Shown piece after piece: positions 24,236 to 32,000 of a DNA stretch of 32,000 nucleotides (positions are counted from its first letter, which is position 1; every line of letters starts with the position of its first letter). A program made the position numbers and the translations under genes. The stretch comes from an uncultured Actinomycetes bacterium (lineage in GTDB: Bacteria > Actinomycetota > Actinomycetes > S36-B12 > CAIYMF01). Below the pieces are notes generated by a model. That model worked only from the letters and a program-made list of their open reading frames with translations. It had not been told where the DNA came from and searched no databases. The stretch is taken from positions 1,470,001 through 1,502,000 of the forward strand of contig CAWJMG010000003.1 in the NCBI GenBank assembly GCA_963843975.1. Reading direction: 5' to 3'.

Positions 24236-26356
24236 TCAGCCGGTGACGGCACGGACGATCCGGCGCAGCAGCGCGTTGCCGGGGAGATCGTCGACGAGCA
24301 CGGGGCGGCCGGCGCCATCGGTGAGGGGCACCCGCCAGTTGGGGTACTCCTGGTCGGTGCCGGGCTGGTTCTGCGCCCGCTTGTCGCCCACGGCATCGGC
24401 GAGCGACACGCACAGAAGCCGCGCCGACGTCTGGCCGATGAGCCGGTGCAGCGCCTCGACGACCTCCTCCGCGCCCGCACCCGGTCGGAGCAGGCCGCGG
24501 CCCTCGAGCAGGGAGCGCCAGGCGGCGAGGTCGCGCTCGGCGTTCGCGAGCTCCTCCTCGTACGTCGTGGCCAGCAGGCCGAGCTCGTGCCGCAGCCGGA
24601 CGTGCTCGCCCTCGATGAAGCCCCAGGTGGGCGGGAGGTCGTGCGTGGTCACGCTCGTGAGCGCGAGCTCGCGCCAGTGCTCGGGCTGCAGCGGCGCGCC
24701 GTGCTCGTCGGCCTCGAACCACAGGATCGACGTACCGAGGATCCCGCGCTCGCGCAGGACGTCCTGCACCCAGGCCTCGACCGTGCCGAGGTCCTCGCCG
24801 ATGACGACGGCACCTGCGCGCTGGGCCTCCAGCGCCAGGATCCCGATGAGCGCCTCGTGGTCGTAGCGGACGTACGTGCCCTCGTTGGCGGGCATGCCGC
24901 GCGGGATCCACCACAGCCGGAACAGGCCCAGCACGTGGTCGATGCGGATGCCGCCCGCGTGCCGGAGCACGGTGCGGAGCATGTCGCGGTACGGGATGAA
25001 CGCGGCCTCGGCGAGGGCGTCAGGGCGCCACGGCGGCTGCGACCAGTCCTGGCCCATCTGGTTGTACATGTCCGGCGGGGCCCCGACGGCGACGTCCTTG
25101 GCCAGCACGTCGCGCAGCGCCCAGGCATCGGCACCCTCGGGGTGCACGCCGACCGCGAGGTCGTGCATGACGCCGATCGCCATGCCGGCGTCGGTGGCGG
25201 CCTCCTGCGCGGCGGCGAGCTGCTCGTCGAGAACCCACTGCAGCCAGCGGTGGAACTCCACGAGGTCGGCGAGCTCGACCCGTGCCTTCTCGGTCGCCTC
25301 GCCCTTCGGGTCGACCAGCGCCTCCGGCCAGTCGGCCGGCTGGCCGTACGTGTCGCCGAGCGCGCACCAGAGCGCGAAGTCGTCCAGGCCCGCGCCCTCG
25401 CGGTCGCTGAAGGCGGCGTACTGCGCCTTGCGTCCGGGCGACAGCGGGACGGCGTGGACGAACTCGAGCGCGGTGCGCTTGGCCGCCCAGATCGGGTCGC
25501 GCTCGAGGAGGTCGGCGGTCGCGTTCGTCGCGCGCACCTTCTCCGAGAGCATCGCCATGGCCTTGTGGCCGGCCTCGCTGAGGTAGGCGTACTCCGGCAC
25601 GGCCTCGACCCGGATGTAGATGGGGTTGGCGAAGCGGCGGGTGACCGGGAGGTACGGCGACGGCGCCATCGGAGGCACGGGCGAGGCCGCGTGCAGCGGG
25701 TTGATGAGCAGGAAGTCGGCGCCGAGGTCGTGGCCGCTCCAGGCGACGAGGTCGGCGAGGTCGACGAGGTCGCCGAGGCCCCAGGAGCGCTTGGAGCGGA
25801 CGGAGTACAGCTGCGCCCCGAAGCCCCAGCCGCGACGGCCGCGCAGGCGCTCGGGCAGCTCGAGCCGGCGCGGCGTGACGACGAGCGTGGTGCCGATCGG
25901 GCGCGTGCTGCCGTCGTCCGACCGCAGCTCGCCGTGCAAACGGTGCCAGCCGGTCGGGAGGTCGGTGGGGATGGAGAACGTGGCCTCGCCGACGAGCCCG
26001 CCGTCGACCTCGACCGGCTCGACCCAGCGGTCGACCTGCACGACGTCGCTGCGGCTCCCGCCGTCCTCGAGCTCGATCCAGAGCCTGGCCGAGTCGCCGT
26101 GCGGCAGGTGGACCCAGGTGCTCGCGGCGTCGCCCTGGCGGGCGACGAAGACCGGCGGCAATGCCCTCTGCCAGTCGCGGATCCGCCGCTCGTGGAGCGC
26201 GGCGCCGATGCCGGCCGGCGTCGTCGCGTCGACCCCCAGGGCTGCGAGCACGGCGACGACCGTCGCGGTCGGCACCACCTGGTGCTGGCCGGCCTGGTCC
26301 CAGAACTCGGTCGCTACGCCGTACGCCGCCGCGAGGGCTGCAAGGTCAGTGTCCAC
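24236..26356 (-). CDS. malQ: 4-alpha-glucanotransferase (amylomaltase, long actinobacterial form)
   Basis: 706-aa ORF. The GH77-type C-terminal half contains GAQLYSVRS, LLINPLHA, IRIDHVLGLFRLWWIP, VIGEDLGTV and TTHDLPP. GTG start at 26356. Confidence 0.88.
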   Translation of the reverse strand: MDTDLAALAAAYGVATEFWDQAGQHQVVPTATVVAVLAALGVDATTPAGIGAALHERRIRDWQRALPPVFVARQGDAASTWVHLPHGDSARLWIELEDGGSRSDVVQVDRWVEPVEVDGGLVGEATFSIPTDLPTGWHRLHGELRSDDGSTRPIGTTLVVTPRRLELPERLRGRRGWGFGAQLYSVRSKRSWGLGDLVDLADLVAWSGHDLGADFLLINPLHAASPVPPMAPSPYLPVTRRFANPIYIRVEAVPEYAYLSEAGHKAMAMLSEKVRATNATADLLERDPIWAAKRTALEFVHAVPLSPGRKAQYAAFSDREGAGLDDFALWCALGDTYGQPADWPEALVDPKGEATEKARVELADLVEFHRWLQWVLDEQLAAAQEAATDAGMAIGVMHDLAVGVHPEGADAWALRDVLAKDVAVGAPPDMYNQMGQDWSQPPWRPDALAEAAFIPYRDMLRTVLRHAGGIRIDHVLGLFRLWWIPRGMPANEGTYVRYDHEALIGILALEAQRAGAVVIGEDLGTVEAWVQDVLRERGILGTSILWFEADEHGAPLQPEHWRELALTSVTTHDLPPTWGFIEGEHVRLRHELGLLATTYEEELANAERDLAAWRSLLEGRGLLRPGAGAEEVVEALHRLIGQTSARLLCVSLADAVGDKRAQNQPGTDQEYPNWRVPLTDGAGRPVLVDDLPGNALLRRIVRAVTG

Positions 26357-26421
26357 GACCCCATCCTGCCCACGTCAGGACCCGGGTTTCCAGAGCAGGG
26401 GCCTGGAAGATGAAAACGCTG

Positions 26422-27870
26422 TCACGCCCCCGACCACAGCGGGGGACGCCGGTGCGACCACGGAGCGGCCTGCTCGAGCTGCGCGGCGAGCGTGATGAGC
26501 GTGGCCTCGTCGTACGGCCGCCCGACCAGCTGGACGCCCACGGGCAGGGTGACGCCGTCCACCTCGGGCCAGGCCAGGGGCACCGAGACGGCCGGGAGGC
26601 CGGTGATGTTGTAGGGCGCGGTGAACGGGGTGAACCGCTTCTGGGCCTCGAAGTCGCCGGCCGGGTCGGCGTCGTCGCGCAAGCCTCCCGGGCCGATGAG
26701 GGAGGGCAGCTGCGCGAGGGTCGGGGTGAGGATCACGTCGTACGCCGCGGTGGCGTTGATGACCATGCGCGTGATGAGGCGCATGGTCGAGACCGAACCG
26801 GCCAGCTGGATGCCGCTGACGGCACGGCCGCGCTCGCGCAGCCACTGCGTCAACGGCTGCAGGCGCGACTCGTCCTCGGGCAGCACCGGCGTGAGCAGGG
26901 CGAGCACGGACCAGACCGCCTCGAACGCCGGCACCGTCTCGGGGCCGAACGGCGGGGCGACGTCCTCCACGGTGTGACCGAGCGACTCGAGGAGGCGCGA
27001 CGCCTCGTCCCACGCGGCGAGGCAGTGCGGGTCGACCTCGGCGGCGGCGATGACGGGCGTGGCGTAGCGGCCGATGCGCAGGCGACCGGGAGTGCGGCGC
27101 GCGGCAGCCAGGAAGGTGTCCCCCTCCAGCATGGGGCGGGCCGGGAACGGGTCGTCGGGGAACGGGCCGGCGAGCGTGTCGAGCAGCGCAGCGGCGTCCG
27201 CGACCGTGCGCGCGAGCACCCCCTGGGTCGGCAGCTCGCCCACGGGATCGCGCAACGGCCCGTTGCTGATACGGCCGCGGGCCGGCTTGATGCCGACGAG
27301 GCCGGTGACGCTCGCGGGGATGCGGATCGAGCCGCCGCCGTCCGAGCCGTGGCCCGCGCTGGCGAGCCCCGCGGCGACCGCGGCCGCCGCTCCCCCGCTG
27401 CTGCCGCCGGCCGAGCGGGTGAGGTCCCACGGAGTGCGGGCAGGCGGGGCGACGGCTGTCTCGGTGTAGCAGGGCAGGCCGAACTCCGGCGTGTTCGTCT
27501 TGCCGGTGATGACGAGACCGCCCTGACGCATGCGGGTCACGACGTTGTCGTCGCCGTAGGGCGTCATGTCGTATGCCACCGAGCCGAGGGTGCACCGGAC
27601 CCCCGCGACGAAGACGAGGTCCTTCGCCGGCACGACCGTGCCGTACAGCGGGTCGAGCGGCTGGTCGGCGCCGACCGAGCCGAGGCGCGCGTCGGCCGCG
27701 CGCGCGGCATCGCGGGCGAAGTCGTCGGTGCGCGTGATGAACGCGCCGACCGTGGCGTCGAGCCGGTCGGTGCGCTCGAGGTAGTGCTCGGTCAGCTCGA
27801 GCGAGCTGATCTCGCGGCGGCGGAGAGCGGCGCCCTGCTCGAGGGCGGTGAGGTCGTGCAGGTCAGCCAT
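26422..27870 (-). CDS. Amidase (amidase-signature family)
   Basis: GGSSGGAAAAVAAGL and GSDGGGSIRIPAS signature; 482 aa. Confidence 0.88.
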   Translation of the reverse strand: MADLHDLTALEQGAALRRREISSLELTEHYLERTDRLDATVGAFITRTDDFARDAARAADARLGSVGADQPLDPLYGTVVPAKDLVFVAGVRCTLGSVAYDMTPYGDDNVVTRMRQGGLVITGKTNTPEFGLPCYTETAVAPPARTPWDLTRSAGGSSGGAAAAVAAGLASAGHGSDGGGSIRIPASVTGLVGIKPARGRISNGPLRDPVGELPTQGVLARTVADAAALLDTLAGPFPDDPFPARPMLEGDTFLAAARRTPGRLRIGRYATPVIAAAEVDPHCLAAWDEASRLLESLGHTVEDVAPPFGPETVPAFEAVWSVLALLTPVLPEDESRLQPLTQWLRERGRAVSGIQLAGSVSTMRLITRMVINATAAYDVILTPTLAQLPSLIGPGGLRDDADPAGDFEAQKRFTPFTAPYNITGLPAVSVPLAWPEVDGVTLPVGVQLVGRPYDEATLITLAAQLEQAAPWSHRRPPLWSGA

Positions 27871-27942
27871 GGCGCCATGATCGCCCGTGATCGCTCCGCC
27901 TGTTCGAAGAACCGGCCGCCTCGAACCACGCGCCGGAGCCGG

Positions 27943-28281
27943 TCAGCCGCGCAGGCGGCCGATGAGGAACGCGACCAGCAGGAACAGAGCCAGGGCGACG
28001 ACGATCAGGGCCAGGCAGCCGAGGTAGCCGGCGGTCCGGGACTGTCCCGCACCGCGCCACAGGGGTGCGCCGCCCTCGCGGGCGGTGGCCACGGGGTGCG
28101 TGCGGTCGATCCAGGCGTCGCGGTGGGACTCGTCGCAGAACAGCAGGTCGGCGTCGATCTCGTGGCCGTCGTCGTCGACGTACAGGGTGGCGAGCGCGAT
28201 GCCCGACCCCTCGTCCAGCAGCGTGCCGCACTCGGCGCAGGGCACGCCGACGGGACCGGCGTCGGGCTGCTCGTCGCTCAC
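27943..28281 (-). CDS. Hypothetical protein with C-terminal TM anchor
   Basis: 112-aa ORF. N-terminal CAECG...FCDESH, C-terminal GYLGCLALIVVALALFLLVAFLIG. Confidence 0.55.
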   Translation of the reverse strand: MSDEQPDAGPVGVPCAECGTLLDEGSGIALATLYVDDDGHEIDADLLFCDESHRDAWIDRTHPVATAREGGAPLWRGAGQSRTAGYLGCLALIVVALALFLLVAFLIGRLRG

Positions 28282-28333
28282 GCGGCAAGCCTGTCATCCG
28301 AGCCGCTTGCGCGGCAGGGGGTCAGGGCAGCGT

Positions 28334-28492
28334 CTATCCGTGCGTGTGCTGGTCCCAGCCGAGGCGGACGGCGACGTTGGGGTCCGGGATCTCCTGCTTG
28401 CCGCAGCGCATGCACACGATGGCCTTGATCTGGCCCTCGAGCGTGACGGCGTGCCAGGCGTGGAACCCGATCATGCAGGTGAGTGCCTTCAT
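28334..28492 (-). CDS. Small Cys/His-rich protein (52 aa), hypothetical
   Basis: GGGGAGGA SD then ATG: MKALTCMIGFHAWHAVTLEGQIKAIVCMRCGKQEIPDPNVAVRLGWDQHTHG. In the track it appears only as the tail of the spurious 1128-aa ORF 28334..31720. Confidence 0.6.
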   Translation of the reverse strand: MKALTCMIGFHAWHAVTLEGQIKAIVCMRCGKQEIPDPNVAVRLGWDQHTHG

Positions 28493-28648
28493 GCGTCCTC
28501 CCCGTGGTGGTGCCGATGGGGACATCGTGCGCCTCATCCGGCACGGATGGGCGGTTCCCCTTCCCCTGCGCGGCCGGACGGCTACCCCGGGTGACGACGA
28601 CGCGCCGAGCCGTACGCGGAGAGTGCGCTCCGCCGTCGCGCTCCTAGG

Positions 28649-30766
28649 GTGTGCGTCGTGCCGCTGTACCCCGATGCCCCGCGCCTCGACCTCGTCGACG
28701 ACCTGTCCGGTCGCTCCGTCCCCGATCCCTACCGCTGGCTCGAGAGCGGCGAGTACGGCGACGACGCCCAGCGGGACGAGTGGGGTGCCCAGCAGTCGGC
28801 CCTCTACGAGGCCGAGGCCGCGACCTGGACGACGGTCGAGCACTGGCGCACACGCGTCGGCGACCTGCTCAAGTCGGGCGGCGTAGGGCCGCCGGCGTAC
28901 CGCGGGGACCGCGCGTTCTTCATGCGGCGCGAGCCCGACGGCAACATGGCGGTCCTCTGGACGATCGACCCCGACGGCACCGAGCGCGTGCTCATCGACC
29001 CGATGCAGCTCGACCCCGAGGGACACACGACCCTCGACTCGTTCCAGCCGACCAAGGAGGGGCACCTCCTCGCCTACCAGCTCTCGGTCGGCGGCACCGA
29101 GGAGCCCGACCTCTTCGTGATGGACATCGCGACCGGCGAGCAGCTCGAGGGCCCGATCGACCGCATCCGCTTCTCCCCCATCGCATGGCTGCCGGGTGCC
29201 GAGGCCTACTACTACGTGCGCCGGCTCGACCCGTCGCTCGTGCCCGACACCGAGCGGCCGTTCCACCGCCGCGTCTACCTGCACCGCGTCGGAACAGACC
29301 CGAGCACCGACGTCGAGATCTTCGGCGCCGGTCGCACGATCACCAACTACTACGGCGTCTCGGTCAGCCGTGACGGCCGCTGGCTGCAGGTGTCGTCGCA
29401 GGAGGGCACCGAGCCGCGCAACGACCTCTGGGTCGCCGACCTCACGGCGTCGCCGCTGGAGTCGCCCGAGCTCGTGCCGGTGCAGGTCGACGTCGACGCC
29501 CAGACCGGCATCTACGTCGGCCGCGACGGCCGCTTCTACGTGCACACCGACCTCGACGCGCCGCGCGGCCGGCTGGCCGTCGTCGACCCGGCGACGCCCA
29601 CCGCGGACAACTGGGTCGACCTGCTGCCCGAGGACCCGACCGCCGTGCTCGAGGACTTCGCGGTCCTCGACGGCGACGAGATGGCCGAGCCGCGCCTTCT
29701 CGCGACCTGGTCGCGGCACGGCGTCGGCGAGATGACGCTGCACGACCTGTCGACGGGCGCGAAGCTCGGCGACGTCGCCCTTCCCGGTGTCGGCACCCTC
29801 GGCGGACTCGTCGAGCGGCCCGAGGGCGGCCCGGTCGTGTGGTTCGTCTACACCGACTACACGACCCCGTCGAACGTCTACACGTACGACGGCCGCACAG
29901 GCGCGGTCGAGCTCTTCGCCTCGCCTCCCGGGCACGTCGACGTCCCCACCGTGTTCAGCCGGCAGGAGACGTTCACGTCGAAGGACGGCACGAGCGTGCG
30001 CATGTTCGTGCTCTCCCCCGCGGCCGACGTCGACCGGCCGCGGCCCACGCTGCTGTCGGGCTACGGCGGCTTCGGCATCTCGATGCAGCCGACGTACTCC
30101 GCCACGGCGCTCGCGTTCGTCGAGGCCGGCGGGGTGTACGCCGTGGCGTGCATCCGCGGCGGCGGCGACGAGGGCGAGGAGTGGCACCGCGACGGCATGC
30201 TCGCCAACAAGCAGAACGTGTTCGACGACTTCGCGGCGGCGCAGGAGCACCTGATCGCTGCAGGGTGGACCACGCCCGAGCAGCTCGCGATCATCGGCGG
30301 CTCCAACGGCGGCCTGCTCATGGGCGCCGCACTGACCCAGCGCCCCGACCTCGCGCGCACGGTCGTGTGCCAGGCCCCGCTGCTCGACATGATCCGCTAC
30401 GTCGAGGTGCCGCCCGAGACGAGCTACCTCGGCCCCACGTGGACCGTCGAGTACGGCGACCCCGCGGTGCCGGAGCAGCTCGACTGGCTGCTGTCGTACT
30501 CGCCGTACCACAACGTGCCCGAGGGCACAGACTTCCCGGCACTGATGATGATGGTGTTCGACAACGACAGCCGCACCGACCCGATGCACGGCCGCAAGTT
30601 CGTGGCCGCCGTGCAGCACGCGTCCGTCGGCGAGCGGCCGATCGTGCTCCGCACCGAGGCCAACGTCGGGCACGGGGCGCGGTCTGTGTCCAAGTCGGTC
30701 GACGAGATCGCCGAGACGCTCGCGTTCGTCGCGCACTGGACGGGGCTCGAGCCCTCCGCCGGTTAG
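28649..30766 (+). CDS. Prolyl oligopeptidase (S9A family); the start may be GTG 28658
   Basis: N-terminus VPDPYRWLE, catalytic Ser context IIGGSNGGLLMGAA, C-terminal GHGA; ~700 aa. Confidence 0.88.
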   Translation: MCVVPLYPDAPRLDLVDDLSGRSVPDPYRWLESGEYGDDAQRDEWGAQQSALYEAEAATWTTVEHWRTRVGDLLKSGGVGPPAYRGDRAFFMRREPDGNMAVLWTIDPDGTERVLIDPMQLDPEGHTTLDSFQPTKEGHLLAYQLSVGGTEEPDLFVMDIATGEQLEGPIDRIRFSPIAWLPGAEAYYYVRRLDPSLVPDTERPFHRRVYLHRVGTDPSTDVEIFGAGRTITNYYGVSVSRDGRWLQVSSQEGTEPRNDLWVADLTASPLESPELVPVQVDVDAQTGIYVGRDGRFYVHTDLDAPRGRLAVVDPATPTADNWVDLLPEDPTAVLEDFAVLDGDEMAEPRLLATWSRHGVGEMTLHDLSTGAKLGDVALPGVGTLGGLVERPEGGPVVWFVYTDYTTPSNVYTYDGRTGAVELFASPPGHVDVPTVFSRQETFTSKDGTSVRMFVLSPAADVDRPRPTLLSGYGGFGISMQPTYSATALAFVEAGGVYAVACIRGGGDEGEEWHRDGMLANKQNVFDDFAAAQEHLIAAGWTTPEQLAIIGGSNGGLLMGAALTQRPDLARTVVCQAPLLDMIRYVEVPPETSYLGPTWTVEYGDPAVPEQLDWLLSYSPYHNVPEGTDFPALMMMVFDNDSRTDPMHGRKFVAAVQHASVGERPIVLRTEANVGHGARSVSKSVDEIAETLAFVAHWTGLEPSAG

Positions 30767-30776
30767 GCTCGACGGC

Positions 30777-31754
30777 GTGGACAGCATCGTGACCGGCACG
30801 TCCCTGCTCGCCGCGGAGTCGACGAAGGACGATCCGTGGTGGGCGTCGGCCATCGCCTGGGTGACGACGTACACGCTCGCGATCGTGCTCACGATCGTCG
30901 TCTCGGTCGTGCTGTGGTGGATCATCATCCGGCTCATCCGCCGTGTCACCGACAAGGCCAAGCAGCGGCTGCGCCAGGACCGCCCCGGTGCCGCGCGCAA
31001 CAGCGAGCACACCGCCGAGCTGACCTCGGTGCTGATGACCGCGCGCCGCGAGCAGCGCGCGGAGGCGCTCGGCCAGCTCCTGCGCAGCGTCACGACCTTC
31101 ACGATCGTGAGCCTCGCTCTGCTCGTCCTGCTGTCGCAGATGGGCGTCAACCTCGCACCGCTGCTGGCGTCGGCCGGCGTCGTCGGCGTCGCGCTCGGCT
31201 TCGGCGCGCAGACGCTCGTGAAGGACTTCCTGTCCGGCATCTTCCTCGTGCTCGAGGACCAGTTCGGCGTCGGCGACGTCGTCGACCTCGGTCCGGCCAT
31301 CGGCACGGTCGAGGAGGTGACGCTGCGGATCACGCGCGTGCGCGACCTCTCCGGAGTCGTCTGGTACGTCCGCAACGGCGAGATCCTGCGCGTCGGCAAC
31401 CGCTCGCAGGGATGGACGACCGCCGTCGTCGACGTGCCCGTCGCGTTCAACGAGGACCTCGAGCGCGTGCGACGCATCGTCGACAAGGTCGGCACGATGA
31501 TGGACGGCGACCCGGCGTACGACGGCATCCTGTTCGGCACGCCGATGTACGCCGGCGTCGAGAGCGTGAGCGGCGACGCCGTCTTCGTCCGGGTGACGGC
31601 CAAGGCCGCACCCGACCAGCAGATGGCCGCGGCCCGCGCGATCCGCGAGCAGATCAAGCTCGGCTTCGACGAGGCCGGCATCCGCGTGCCCGTGCTCGTG
31701 CGCAACAACCTCCCCGGCACCCAGCCCCCGCCCGCCGCCGCTCCCCCTGCCTGA
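30777..31754 (+). CDS. Mechanosensitive ion channel, MscS family
   Basis: TM segments, then LVKDFLSGIFLVLEDQFGVGDVVDLG...GTVEEVTLRITRVRDLSGVVWYVRNGEI, the MscS beta-domain pattern. Confidence 0.88.
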   Translation: MDSIVTGTSLLAAESTKDDPWWASAIAWVTTYTLAIVLTIVVSVVLWWIIIRLIRRVTDKAKQRLRQDRPGAARNSEHTAELTSVLMTARREQRAEALGQLLRSVTTFTIVSLALLVLLSQMGVNLAPLLASAGVVGVALGFGAQTLVKDFLSGIFLVLEDQFGVGDVVDLGPAIGTVEEVTLRITRVRDLSGVVWYVRNGEILRVGNRSQGWTTAVVDVPVAFNEDLERVRRIVDKVGTMMDGDPAYDGILFGTPMYAGVESVSGDAVFVRVTAKAAPDQQMAAARAIREQIKLGFDEAGIRVPVLVRNNLPGTQPPPAAAPPA

Positions 31755-31758
31755 CCTG

Positions 31759-31808
31759 GATTCGGTAGTGCCAGGGCGCGCAGTACGCCGCCCTAGCACT
31801 ACCGAATC
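31759..31808 (+). terminator. Hairpin after the MscS gene (20-bp stem with one mismatch: gattcggtagtgccagggcg / cgccctagcactaccgaatc)
   Basis: Inverted repeat starting 5 nt after the stop. Confidence 0.65.
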
Positions 31809-31863
31809 GTCGTGACGGACGGCTCGCGGTGCGGTGCGCGGGCTTCCTCGACACACTGGGCAC

Positions 31864-32000
31864 ATGCTGTGCCTCGTCACCGGTGCGACCGGATACATCG
31901 GCGGACGGCTCGTGCCCGAGCTGCTCGCCGCCGGGCACGAGGTGCGCGTCCTCGCCCGCCATCCCGAGCGCCTCGTCGACCGCACCTGGGTCAACGACGT
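31864..32000 (+). CDS. NAD(P)-binding SDR/epimerase-like protein, N-terminal fragment (runs off window end)
   Basis: MLCLVTGATGYIGGRLVPELLAAGHEVRVLAR is a Rossmann TGxxGxxG motif. Confidence 0.7.
   Translation, partial: MLCLVTGATGYIGGRLVPELLAAGHEVRVLARHPERLVDRTWVND

Noticed and set aside
25637-25650. 14-nt match (gcgggtgaccggga) inside malQ to the inverted tRNA-Gly 3'-end copy at 3709-3722, considered as a possible distal att site
   Set aside because: It lies inside a conserved coding region. It would also define an island that swallows the syntenic housekeeping genes nei, rpiB and pepN. I treat it as a chance match and have no way to test it here.
28334-31720. 1128-aa minus-strand ORF covering the prolyl oligopeptidase and MscS genes
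   Set aside because: It is a shadow frame of two well-supported plus-strand genes. Only its last 52 codons (28334-28492), which have their own SD and ATG, look real.

Overview
This is a very GC-rich actinobacterial chromosome segment. The flanks are housekeeping genes in the conserved actinobacterial order: clpX, clpP2, clpP1, tig and divergent tRNA-Pro/tRNA-Gly on one side, and nei, rpiB, a DsbA-like reductase and pepN on the other. These are followed by two small hypothetical genes, malQ, an amidase, two more small genes, a prolyl oligopeptidase, an MscS channel and the start of an SDR gene. Between tRNA-Gly (3577-3647) and nei (18293-19199) lies a ~14.5 kb accessory insert. It holds an Sfp-type PPTase and a divergent M1 metallopeptidase. 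The peptidase is translationally coupled (GTGA overlap) to a single-module A-PCP enzyme whose C-terminus has 6 TM segments and three beta-helix-like domains. That layout matches Pls-type homopoly(amino acid) synthetases; the hand-read specificity code DAESIGTVVK is Lys-like. The insert also carries an internally duplicated ankyrin-repeat lipoprotein, two paralogous Cys-rich secreted proteins of unknown function that share a structured leader, and a tandem-cyclase/P-loop/TPR regulator. I saw no integrase, transposase, CRISPR array or rRNA. There are seven reading-frame breaks in six genes: clpX, tig, the synthetase (twice), the ankyrin gene, the cyclase regulator and nei. Each is repaired by deleting one base, and each sits in an (A/G)AG-CT(C/G) context. 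This looks like a systematic artefact or a context-specific process rather than random decay. All calls rest on reading motifs by eye, and no database search was possible.
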